A stretch of DNA of 32,000 nt from Promethearchaeota archaeon (GTDB lineage: Archaea; Asgardarchaeota; Lokiarchaeia; Sigyniarchaeales; Promethearchaeaceae). Below are positions 9,494 to 18,733 of the stretch, piece by piece. Under the pieces are notes generated by a model. That model was not told the origin of the DNA. It ran no database searches and was given only the letters and a program-made list of their open reading frames with translations. Position numbers and translations under genes: made by a program. Position 1 is the stretch's first letter, and each line of letters begins with the position of its first letter. Where the stretch lies: positions 1-32,000 of the forward strand of contig JAFGBS010000033.1 of the NCBI GenBank assembly GCA_016933055.1, read 5' to 3'.

Positions 9494-11161
9494 TCAGAAA
9501 ATGTCTTTCTGCTCTGGTTCAAAAAACCGAATTAAAGCTAATAAAAATGCACTGATGATGATGACCATAGTGCTTGCGAATGCTGCTGAAGAGAAAGCAG
9601 ATTGTTCTACCCAATCGACAATCAATACAGGGACTGTACGATCTGCACCCATTACAATTAGGGTTGCACCAGTTTCCCCTAAGCTACGGGTAAAAGCCGC
9701 AATCATCCCTGCAATAATACCGTTTAATATTGCTGGAAATGTTATTCTGCGAAAGGTGGTAATTGGAGATGATCCCAATGTGGCACTTGCTTCTTCATGA
9801 CCTTTGTTAACATTCCTCAACTGAGCAACAATAGGTCTAACCACAAAAGGAAACGAAAATGTCAAGTGGGTAAAGATTATCATACCGATGCCAGGATCAG
9901 CGAAATTAATACCTGCAGGACCCCAGAACATAAATACAGCAAAACCTAAAGCTGCACTTGGAATAGTGAGAGGTACATCCAAAATAGTGTCAAGGACCGC
10001 ATTGAATTTCCCCCAATTTTCCCTCACGAGTATTAATGCGAATGGAATTGCAAATATAACATCGATTAATACTACTATAAAACCAACTTTGAAAGAGTTC
10101 ACTAAAGAAATCCATAAATATGCCCATTTATTATCCGCACCTAACAATTCGCTTAAAGTTTCTTGTACGGTGACTTGACTTATAATATAAAACGATGGAA
10201 TAAGTATTAAAACGGCCATCGAAATAAATGATAAAATTTTCAATCCATATCGAAAACTGGGTTTGGAGATGAATTTTTCCCATTCATAATGTATCGTCCA
10301 AAATTTTTTCGTTGATTTCTTTCGTCTAGCAATCAGTTTTACAATAATTAATAAAATTAAAGAAATAGTAATTAACAATAAGGATAAGAACGAAGCTGCT
10401 GGTAATTGAAGCTGTTTTCGGAGTGCAACTACTACAATAGGAGCCGTTTCCACTAAACCAGCACAAATCATTGTGGCACCAGTTTCCCCCAAACTTCGGG
10501 TAAAAGCGAGAATTCCTCCCGCAATTAATCCCTCCCGAATAAGAGGGAAGGTGATTGTTTTAAAAACCGTCCATCTTGATGCTTTAAGTGTTAAAGCGGC
10601 TTTTTCGAGTAACGGATCCACTTTTTCGATTGCTATTTTTAAATTTCTAACTATATAAGGGTAAGTGAACGCTACATGGACAAAAATAATCAACATTCTT
10701 CCTGGATAAATGTTGAATACACCCCAAAAGAGTAACACGGAAAATCCTAAAGCACTAGTAGGAACTACCATAGGAAGGTCAACCAAGAAATCTAATATTT
10801 TCCGTCCTATGAAATTTCCACGAGTTAATATCATCGCAATCGGGAAAGCAATAAGAAGATCAATAAAAACGGCAATGAATGCCACAAGGAATGATTCCAA
10901 AAGGGCACTCCTCATCATTTGCCATTGAGAATTTCCTAACAATTCATCATGGAAGAGTCTCATACGTATATCACCGACATTATCAATAACATTTGATATG
11001 ATGTTGATAATGGGGGCGGTAATAATCAAAATAAAGAATCCAATGACAATTATATTTAGTAAAATCTTATATCGTCGTTTTGAGAAATGTTCTTCGAGCT
11101 TAAGTAAAAAGGATTTCTTAATATTCTTATTTGGCTCATTCGTGAAAACTGACATTATCAT
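9494..11161 (-). CDS. ABC importer permease with two fused transmembrane domains (ModB/CysT-CysW/WtpB class)
   Basis: Two repeats, each with DLP/DVP...P.SALG, an EAA loop (EKAALTLKAS; EEASATLGSS) and FTRSLGETGAT. Confidence 0.88.
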   Translation of the reverse strand: MIMSVFTNEPNKNIKKSFLLKLEEHFSKRRYKILLNIIVIGFFILIITAPIINIISNVIDNVGDIRMRLFHDELLGNSQWQMMRSALLESFLVAFIAVFIDLLIAFPIAMILTRGNFIGRKILDFLVDLPMVVPTSALGFSVLLFWGVFNIYPGRMLIIFVHVAFTYPYIVRNLKIAIEKVDPLLEKAALTLKASRWTVFKTITFPLIREGLIAGGILAFTRSLGETGATMICAGLVETAPIVVVALRKQLQLPAASFLSLLLITISLILLIIVKLIARRKKSTKKFWTIHYEWEKFISKPSFRYGLKILSFISMAVLILIPSFYIISQVTVQETLSELLGADNKWAYLWISLVNSFKVGFIVVLIDVIFAIPFALILVRENWGKFNAVLDTILDVPLTIPSAALGFAVFMFWGPAGINFADPGIGMIIFTHLTFSFPFVVRPIVAQLRNVNKGHEEASATLGSSPITTFRRITFPAILNGIIAGMIAAFTRSLGETGATLIVMGADRTVPVLIVDWVEQSAFSSAAFASTMVIIISAFLLALIRFFEPEQKDIF

Positions 11162-11170
11162 ACCTCTAAT

Positions 11171-12361
11171 TTACACTGTGTTTCTTGTTAGTAACCATAA
11201 ATCAGGGATCCGTGAGATTACATTCCCATCGGTTGGTGCAATTAATTCTTTAATCATGTCCGGATCATTTGTAACTCCATGATCTGAGTTGAATGATGCA
11301 TCATATATTGTTTGTACATCTGATTCAAGCAATAAAGAACTATTTATCGGTCGAAAACCCGAGCTAATAGCTTTCATAACTAATTCTTTTTGATTTAAAA
11401 AATCGAGGAATTCTTCCGCAACTACTTTTTGTTCTTCAGAAATCCAGTCAGCATCTAATATACAAAAAGGGTGGTCACTAAATAGACACCCTTCATCAGG
11501 ATATATAGCCACCAGTTTCTGTCCAAATTTAACCTCTGCTGTCTGACTATAATCCTGTACCAAATTTTCATACAAAATAGTAAGTTGGAGACTATCAGGG
11601 CCTTGGTCACGCATATATATTCCCAAAAATCCTGTAGATTTTCCATAGAAGATAGCAGCGCTTTCAATTTCTCTCATCCATTGCTGTATGTCAGAATTTG
11701 CTAGGTCATCTAACGAAATTGTGGTAGGATCTTTGTTTAAAAAAGCAGATACCATCATTACAGTTGCCATAAATCCTGAATTCGATTCTCGGGGGTCGGT
11801 ATGTGCTAATTTTACAAGGTTTGGATTATTTTTAATAAGATCATGTAATTCGTGGAAACTAGAAATATTATATTCATTTTGAAAATTCTCCCATGTAGCA
11901 AGAACTACGGGTGAATATATAATCCGTGTGAAGTTTGGAGCGATTATTTTGTTGGTTTCTGTTAGTTGTTCCCACTTTGAGTTTAATATTGGAACCCAAA
12001 TATTTGATGCGGGAGACCAAATTGTTGGTTTTATTTCACCATTTAAAAGAGAAATTAACATATCCCCCGAGCCATAAGGTTGCATATCAATCGAAATAGG
12101 TTTAAGACTTGGATCACTTACCATTTTTTCTTCCCAATATTCCGAAAATAGAACAGATGCTTCCGACATCCATGTGGATTTTTCACTGGAATAAACTACA
12201 GTAAACACAATATGATCATTGGTTCTTTCAGCGAATATTACATTTCCAAATAAACTTCCTGTGATAAATCCAAAAATGACTATTATTAACACAGTTGATG
12301 CAGAAATCTGATCTTTCCGATATAATTTTTGAGATTTTTGGGATTTTTTTCTTTTTTTCAC
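11171..12361 (-). CDS. Membrane-anchored extracellular solute-binding protein (SBP_bac_11-like)
   Basis: Basic N-terminus plus TM anchor, then YSSEK, GSG, IWSPAS..W, SPVVLA.W, HTDP..SNSG, YP.EG....DHP. First gene of the ABC operon. GTG start. Confidence 0.8.
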   Translation of the reverse strand: MKKRKKSQKSQKLYRKDQISASTVLIIVIFGFITGSLFGNVIFAERTNDHIVFTVVYSSEKSTWMSEASVLFSEYWEEKMVSDPSLKPISIDMQPYGSGDMLISLLNGEIKPTIWSPASNIWVPILNSKWEQLTETNKIIAPNFTRIIYSPVVLATWENFQNEYNISSFHELHDLIKNNPNLVKLAHTDPRESNSGFMATVMMVSAFLNKDPTTISLDDLANSDIQQWMREIESAAIFYGKSTGFLGIYMRDQGPDSLQLTILYENLVQDYSQTAEVKFGQKLVAIYPDEGCLFSDHPFCILDADWISEEQKVVAEEFLDFLNQKELVMKAISSGFRPINSSLLLESDVQTIYDASFNSDHGVTNDPDMIKELIAPTDGNVISRIPDLWLLTRNTV

Positions 12362-12366
12362 TCATT

Positions 12367-12480
12367 TCAACCTATAATATTATTGATATGACTATTAGCT
12401 AGGGAAAATAACACCCCAATAATGAATGCAGCCAAGAAGATACAACTAAGTATAAGTCGGTTTTTCGATTTCGACGACAT
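12367..12480 (-). CDS. Putative 37-aa single-helix membrane microprotein (not in ORF track)
   Basis: ATG at 12480 reads MSSKSKNRLILSCIFLAAFIIGVLFSLANSHINNIIG*. The stop lies 5 nt before the SBP start. Basic N-terminus followed by a hydrophobic helix. Confidence 0.4.
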   Translation of the reverse strand: MSSKSKNRLILSCIFLAAFIIGVLFSLANSHINNIIG

Positions 12481-13086
12481 TTCATTTAAATTATCAAGAA
12501 ATACATCATATAAAGAAGATCCAACAAAATTAACTACCCTCTAATAAAACTCCTTTGTACTTCAGTGGATATTTAATACAGTATTTGAAACATTTTTTGA
12601 AATTTCAGTCATATTTCTGTTTAATTAACATAATCGCACTACATATATAATCAATAGTTAACCCGCAACATCCTATCTCCAGAATTCATTTTCGTAAGCA
12701 AAATCTACGTATCGGGGACATACCCTCAATATGGTAAATCTCTCCCGTGTTAATCTAGAATGAGTACGTTAAACTGTTTTTTGGATATTAAGCACACCTA
12801 TGCTAAAAAAGCCTCCCTATTTTTGGGATAGGAAATTTTTAACATAGTTCGTGGTAGGTTATGAGGTAGACACAAAATTCTTTATGAAAAATACAGTATG
12901 AATTCGAAATGTGTTTAGGATCAAAATCCTTATCATTACTATCTATAAGAAGTGTGCTTAATTTGTTATTCAAACAAGCACACATAAAATTAAATAAGTA
13001 GAACAACACACTACAATATAAGTAGTAACATACTAAACTTTCAAATACACTTCCAATCGGTTCGTGTATGCCTGGAGTTAAAGAAC

Positions 13087-13542
13087 ATGGCTCTTTCAAC
13101 AAAATCGTTCAATAAAATATTATCAAAAATCATCAAAAGCGAATCTGGAATCAAAAAAGTGCTACTTGTAGATCGAACTGGATTAACTATTGCACATGTC
13201 AGCAAATTTTCTTATTATCCCGTTGATGTGGATGGGATAGGTGCGATTGCAAGTGCAGTTTTCTGTGCATCAGAAGAACAAGGAAGAAACTTAGAACTTG
13301 GAGAGCTGTCTATAGTCACCAGTGAATTCACTTCTGGAAAAATTTTCGCTGCTAGCTGCGGTAAGGGGGTTCTTTGTCTAATTAGCGATCCTGACATAAA
13401 TCTTGGACTCATACGGCTTGTAATGAAACGGTCTGGTGAAGAATTGAAGACTATTCTTGATGAATTCTTATCTGAGGTTGCTGATGAAGATTTAGAAGCG
13501 GGATTGGATCTCAGCGATTTAGACAACATTTCGTCCAACTAA
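13087..13542 (+). CDS. Roadblock/LC7 (MglB/LAMTOR-like) domain protein with acidic tail
   Basis: GIKKVLLVDRTGLTIA...IGAIASAVFCASE..G..LELGEL...EF..GKIF...GVLCLI...NLGLIRL fits the roadblock fold pattern typical of Asgard archaea. Confidence 0.9.
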   Translation: MALSTKSFNKILSKIIKSESGIKKVLLVDRTGLTIAHVSKFSYYPVDVDGIGAIASAVFCASEEQGRNLELGELSIVTSEFTSGKIFAASCGKGVLCLISDPDINLGLIRLVMKRSGEELKTILDEFLSEVADEDLEAGLDLSDLDNISSN

Positions 13543-13622
13543 ATTTTTTCTCTCTATTCTTATTTTTAACTCCGATGTTTAGTAAACACTACATTTTTAA
13601 TTTTTGAGATGTTTTTTTCCAT

Positions 13623-14162
13623 ATGAAAGTGTTAGCAGTAAATGGTAGTGCGCGTAATAATGGTAATACGCATATGGCATTGGAATTTGTGGCAGAAGAA
13701 TTACGGCAGGAAGGCATTGAAGTGGAAATTGTTGACTTGGTCGACGTGAATCTCCATCCTTTTTCTTTTGGAGGAACTCCTGAAGATGATGTACCAATGC
13801 TAAGAGAAAAATTGAAAGCTGCTGATGGGTTGATTATTGGAAGTCCTACATACTATTCCAACGTGACAAGCCGAACCCAAATGTTTATTGAGAGAATGGG
13901 AGGTTCAGTAGATCTGAAGGGAAAAATCGGAGCTGCCGTTGCCGTTGCACGTCGTGGTGGGGCAAATTTTGTATATGCTGCTATTAACTACTTTTTTGGA
14001 ATTCATGAAATGCCCATTGCAACTTCAACCTATTGGAATATTGTTATTGCACGCAAACCTGGTGAGATTAAAAAGGATGAAGAGGGTCTAAAAACACTGA
14101 AAAATCTTGGAAAAAATATGGCAAAATTACTAAAAGCAACCAAAACTTATTCAAGTTCGTAG
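13623..14162 (+). CDS. Flavodoxin-like NADPH-dependent FMN reductase / Isf-family protein without Fe-S motif
   Basis: NGSAR.NGNT, ADGLIIGSPTYY, ARRGGA, STYWN, DEEGL.T..NLG.NMA. The protein contains no cysteine. Confidence 0.85.
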   Translation: MKVLAVNGSARNNGNTHMALEFVAEELRQEGIEVEIVDLVDVNLHPFSFGGTPEDDVPMLREKLKAADGLIIGSPTYYSNVTSRTQMFIERMGGSVDLKGKIGAAVAVARRGGANFVYAAINYFFGIHEMPIATSTYWNIVIARKPGEIKKDEEGLKTLKNLGKNMAKLLKATKTYSSS

Positions 14163-14217
14163 TTTTTTCTTTACATTCTATTTCTTTTCATATCTATATC
14201 AAAACATAAAGCAGTGA

Positions 14218-17200
14218 TTGTTCTTAATTTCTAAAGAGACAAACAATTTATCCAATGCAAGGGTGAACAGTCTGGCCGAGACCGATAATTATCCTTTGGT
14301 ATCCATTTATAAAAAACCGCAGTGGTATCCATTCACTTCTTTGAAAACAATTCCTCAAGTGTTTCTACCACACCGAGATCTTTTAGAGCATTTTTTTAAG
14401 GAGATTTCAGACCATGTTTTATCTCATGATAATCTTAATTTGGAAAATCTATATTGGTACTTATTATTGGGTAAATATTTGGGAGTAAATTTACACAAAC
14501 TCCCCATTAAAGATGAAATATACAAATTAACTACGAAATGTGCGGTAGAAACCGAAGATCAATTGGGCTTTCAATTCTTGCCTTTTTCCGATAGTTCTCC
14601 AGATATTTGGTCCACAGATTTTGCATTGGTTATTTTTCATTTACTCGGAAAGTTGGAGGATTTTCTTTACCAAGATTTCGACTTAAATCGAAAATCCAAG
14701 GTATTAAATTTTCTCTTATCATGTAAACGTAATTCTCATTATGTTCATTGTAGATCCAATTGCTCAGTATGTAAAAAAACAAGCGAGGAAAAGACGTTAT
14801 TTCATGTGTTAGATATTTTATTGCTATTAGGTGGAGATGGAATTCATTCCTATCGTTCAGTCATGCTAAATTCGCTGAAATCATTGAAATTAGGAAACAT
14901 ACCGCAAAATGTATTCCGGTTGTTAGATTTAAGATTTTTGGGCTCATATGAAGATGTAACCGACGAACAACTCCAGTATTTTGAATCATTCCAAAAAGAG
15001 GATGGGGGATTTTCTTTTTCCACTAAATCCTCTTCTTCTATTAATGAAACCTTTTGGATAGTCTATCTTTTTGATAATTACCGCTTCATTTACCGTGATT
15101 TTCATCCTGGTAGAGTATATTCATATCTGATAGCACAAATTCAATCCATAGATCCTATCCCGGATGCAAAAAATCCCATAAAACTTATGGAGTTTGCCAA
15201 AGTAACCATCATGTTGACTTTTGTTTGGGAAAACCTTGTAGATGAATTGGAAACCCAAATTTTTACCTGGTTAGATAATCCCAATATTCGTTTTGATATG
15301 GAAAAATTAACTCTTCAAACGGGAATTCAGAATTCAGAATATGAAATTCTATCTTACCTTAATCAAAAATATAAACTCACCTTAAAAATTGTGGATAATG
15401 AATCGCGGTTCGTTCAGTTCCTCAACCAACTCGATCCTTTAGATAAATATTTTGCAAAATTTATTTTCCGAAGAATAGATCGATATTCATCGTTAAATAT
15501 CTCAGAGATTGTATCCCATTATAATAAAAATAAACCAAAATCGGCTCGTGTGAATGAAAAAATTCTCGAGAATCTGTTTAACCGTATGATCCAAGAAGAT
15601 TTTTTCAAAGGAAAATTCATCATACGAAAACGACTATTCCGTAGAACTTACTTGTTTAATCGAGATTCCTCCATTTCTAAAATCATCACTTGTAATAAAC
15701 GGGTAAACTATGAGTCTATTTCTGCAGAAAAACGCAAGCTTAGCGACTTAAAAGATGATATATATAACATGCACCGGGAGATAATGCAATCCTCTGAACT
15801 TATTATGCGTGAAGTGGAGAGTCTTATTTTTGCAGGTGAAATTGAATATGCGGAATTACGTTTAAAAAATAATATCAAAAAAGCACTTTTAGATGCAGAA
15901 TTTTTTAATCAATCGATACATCAGCAACTAGATGAATTTGAATACATTAATGCTCCCAAGGCGGTATCGGCTTGTCTGTATGATTGGATGACCTTATATG
16001 ATAATTTACAATCTCAATACCAGAAAATTAATCTAATTATGCTGGAAAAGATTCACGAGAGTGAAAAATTACGGGATCAGAAGCACCTGATTGATCAATT
16101 GGAAACTCAAATTAAAACCAATATATCCGAATTAGAACTTGCATTTAGTGTGTATCAAGAAAGTTTTCGCTATAATTTAGGTAAAGAATATGAACGTAAT
16201 AACGTAAAACAATTGGAGGATGAACTTCATTCATTTAATGACCGAATCAAGGATTTTGACCATTCAGTGATTGAAGTTTCCCAGCAAATTTCAGTAGAAG
16301 ATCGCAAAGTAAAAATCCGGAGAAAAAAAGTCATAGAAAAATGGGTAGAAGAAAAAGGAATTTTTGATGAATATGTGGCATTTTACTACGAGGGGTTTAA
16401 GATCTGGCATGAAAAAATCTCATATATTGATTCCCAGTTTGATTTATTCAAAAATAAAATAGTACAGATTTCTCAGCAAATTTCAGTTAGTTTACAAGAT
16501 AAAAACTATCGCACTACAAAACATTTACTAAACGTAGAATTTAGCAAATTACTGCATGAATTAGAACAAAAATTTAAGGAATTTATTAGACAAATAGATG
16601 AAATCATTCGCAGTCGGAAAAAGCTCTACCTATTAATCACTACTTTGGAAAAAGAGTGGACCCAACAAAAAACTCAACTCGAGCATTTAATTTCCAAAGA
16701 AAGAGAAAATCAACAACAAATAGTAGAATTGGATAAATATGAAAAATCCCGGGAAGATTTTGTTCAATTAATAACTGAAAAAATCACCTATCTTAACTCT
16801 TCCTTTCAAGGATTTGTGGAACAAATCAATGAACAGCTACAAAATCGGAAGATCCCTCAATATGCTGCAATTGATGAGAATTATAAATTTTTACAAAATC
16901 TTCTCTTACAAAATAAAAAAGAAATCCAACAAATCGGGAATGCGAATTCTAAGAAATTCAAAGATTTTCTGGATAAAGTGGAATCTTCCTTAATATTATG
17001 GAATAGTTTTATTATCTCATTTGAAAAACGTCTAAATGATTTACAAGAGGATATGTTGGATGAGGTAGTTCGTTCTGCACTAGTCCAATATTCAAATGAA
17101 AAATCCACAAATCAAGTTGATCTTATAGAATTAAGCGATTTAACAGGTATATCCGGCAAATCTATTCGAAAGAGAATAGAGAGTATGATATCATTCTCCA

Positions 17201-18720
17201 AAATTTCCGGAGAACTAATCAAAGGTTCAAATTATTTAATAATTCATAATGATGAATGGAGGAAAAACCAACGCTTTAATTTGTTCATATCTGGCGAATT
17301 ACGTGAAATTGATGCATTTACAGAACGTATCGTTCAATTATATAATAATTCTATAGAACATAATTCCATAGATTCTTCTTTTGAAGAATTAAATGGAGTC
17401 ATAGAGAATTTTTACACACATCTGACTCACTCTAAAGAATCTGTTAAAATGAAAGTAAAATCTCTAAACTTAGATATAAAAAATGAGATGTTCGTACAAA
17501 ACTTCACTTCGTTTAAATCTAAGTTAAATGATGCAAAAGAATTAGTACATGACATCCATCTTCGCATAGCTAGTGCAATGAAGAGTTTCAAACTTGTCGA
17601 ACAAACCGTGAAATTCTTACAAGAATTTATTGCATCATGGAACATGAATATAGAAATCCATATGGAACAAAATAAGTCTCAACCCTATGAGAAAAATATC
17701 CATTGGATCGAGACAGAATACCAAAAAATTGAGGATCAAATCAGTATAATCGCTAAAAAGTTTTCTGGAGATATGAACACTATATGGAATAAAATTCCAG
17801 AATCCCAGTCCATTCAAAAACTACTTATTTCCCATTTTGAGGGAAAACTGGGTAACCTAGTCACAGACCAAGAAGAACGACGAGAAGATATTGTGAAACG
17901 ACTATTCACCTATGAAAACCAACGAGTGAAAAAAGAATTAGACGGGAAATTGTTTAGTCACCAAGATATTCTAAATAATCATTTAGGAAGAATCCAATTC
18001 GATATCGAAAACCGAATTGAGATTAACGAATTCAAATCTGCAATGCAAAGACTCCATACTAAATTAAATAAAATCAATGATATCATACGTCATTCTGATA
18101 AATCATTAAAGAAGCAACTTAAGAAAATCACATCGAAATCGAAAACTAAGGTAAATATCCAATTCGTAATGCAGACGTGGAAAAAATTCGTTGATGAATA
18201 TCGAATCGTAGTAAAAGAAAAACAGCTAAATTTAGAACTATTGATTATTCAAAAATACGTTGAAAAAGTAATTCGAGCGTTTAAAGATGAATATATCCCT
18301 CTGAATTATTTATCTAAAGAATTTCGCTTAAAACGGGATATAATTCAAGAACGGTTAATCACTCTTATTGGAGAGAATCGCCTGCCGGGTAAATTGTATC
18401 TTGAATTAATGATATATTATGAGAATCCTGAACCCATCCAGAAGTTGGATCAATCCTCGGTAGATATGATCAAAACCTCCAATGTGCACACCTACTTAAT
18501 AATAAATCGTATCCAACGTTTAGCGAAGCAAATTTATCCTATTTTAATGGTAATTGGGTCACTACTTACTATCACACTAAGTGCATTACGTATCGTGCAA
18601 ACAGCTAAATTAGAATGGTGGGTATTACCCGCAGCCCTTGCTGTATTGTTGTTATTTGGCTTTGTATACATTTTATTAAAACGTAAAGATAAGAAAATAG
18701 TGAATGATCTGGATGAATAA
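14218..18720 (+). CDS. Very large hypothetical protein: prenyltransferase-repeat-like N-domain, winged-helix/PCI-like domains, long helical rods, two C-terminal TM helices
   Basis: Uninterrupted 1500-codon frame. QKEDGGFSF and PDIWSTDFAL repeat-like motifs, heptad-rich helical stretches, YIPLNYLSKEF..KRDIIQERLITLIGENRLPGKL, and a hydrophobic C-terminus. TTG start uncertain. Confidence 0.8.
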   Translation: MFLISKETNNLSNARVNSLAETDNYPLVSIYKKPQWYPFTSLKTIPQVFLPHRDLLEHFFKEISDHVLSHDNLNLENLYWYLLLGKYLGVNLHKLPIKDEIYKLTTKCAVETEDQLGFQFLPFSDSSPDIWSTDFALVIFHLLGKLEDFLYQDFDLNRKSKVLNFLLSCKRNSHYVHCRSNCSVCKKTSEEKTLFHVLDILLLLGGDGIHSYRSVMLNSLKSLKLGNIPQNVFRLLDLRFLGSYEDVTDEQLQYFESFQKEDGGFSFSTKSSSSINETFWIVYLFDNYRFIYRDFHPGRVYSYLIAQIQSIDPIPDAKNPIKLMEFAKVTIMLTFVWENLVDELETQIFTWLDNPNIRFDMEKLTLQTGIQNSEYEILSYLNQKYKLTLKIVDNESRFVQFLNQLDPLDKYFAKFIFRRIDRYSSLNISEIVSHYNKNKPKSARVNEKILENLFNRMIQEDFFKGKFIIRKRLFRRTYLFNRDSSISKIITCNKRVNYESISAEKRKLSDLKDDIYNMHREIMQSSELIMREVESLIFAGEIEYAELRLKNNIKKALLDAEFFNQSIHQQLDEFEYINAPKAVSACLYDWMTLYDNLQSQYQKINLIMLEKIHESEKLRDQKHLIDQLETQIKTNISELELAFSVYQESFRYNLGKEYERNNVKQLEDELHSFNDRIKDFDHSVIEVSQQISVEDRKVKIRRKKVIEKWVEEKGIFDEYVAFYYEGFKIWHEKISYIDSQFDLFKNKIVQISQQISVSLQDKNYRTTKHLLNVEFSKLLHELEQKFKEFIRQIDEIIRSRKKLYLLITTLEKEWTQQKTQLEHLISKERENQQQIVELDKYEKSREDFVQLITEKITYLNSSFQGFVEQINEQLQNRKIPQYAAIDENYKFLQNLLLQNKKEIQQIGNANSKKFKDFLDKVESSLILWNSFIISFEKRLNDLQEDMLDEVVRSALVQYSNEKSTNQVDLIELSDLTGISGKSIRKRIESMISFSKISGELIKGSNYLIIHNDEWRKNQRFNLFISGELREIDAFTERIVQLYNNSIEHNSIDSSFEELNGVIENFYTHLTHSKESVKMKVKSLNLDIKNEMFVQNFTSFKSKLNDAKELVHDIHLRIASAMKSFKLVEQTVKFLQEFIASWNMNIEIHMEQNKSQPYEKNIHWIETEYQKIEDQISIIAKKFSGDMNTIWNKIPESQSIQKLLISHFEGKLGNLVTDQEERREDIVKRLFTYENQRVKKELDGKLFSHQDILNNHLGRIQFDIENRIEINEFKSAMQRLHTKLNKINDIIRHSDKSLKKQLKKITSKSKTKVNIQFVMQTWKKFVDEYRIVVKEKQLNLELLIIQKYVEKVIRAFKDEYIPLNYLSKEFRLKRDIIQERLITLIGENRLPGKLYLELMIYYENPEPIQKLDQSSVDMIKTSNVHTYLIINRIQRLAKQIYPILMVIGSLLTITLSALRIVQTAKLEWWVLPAALAVLLLFGFVYILLKRKDKKIVNDLDE

Positions 18721-18733
18721 GAGCGTGTTCGAT

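Noticed and set aside
7113-12361. Calling the ABC operon ugpBAEC, modABC or cysPTWA
   Set aside because: The permease motifs are ModB/CysTW-like rather than Ugp-like, but the binding protein does not show a ModA/Sbp pattern I can recognise. Substrate left unassigned.
12341-12365. Possible frameshift or slippage joining an out-of-frame ATG (MSEKKKK) to the SBP through two A7 runs
   Set aside because: An in-frame GTG at 12361 explains the gene without slippage. It cannot be distinguished from a homopolymer error without reads.
12839-13102. 87-aa Cys-rich minus-strand ORF in the intergenic region
   Set aside because: It overlaps the Roadblock start and promoter, has a non-ATG start and no motif, and is expected by chance in AT-rich DNA.
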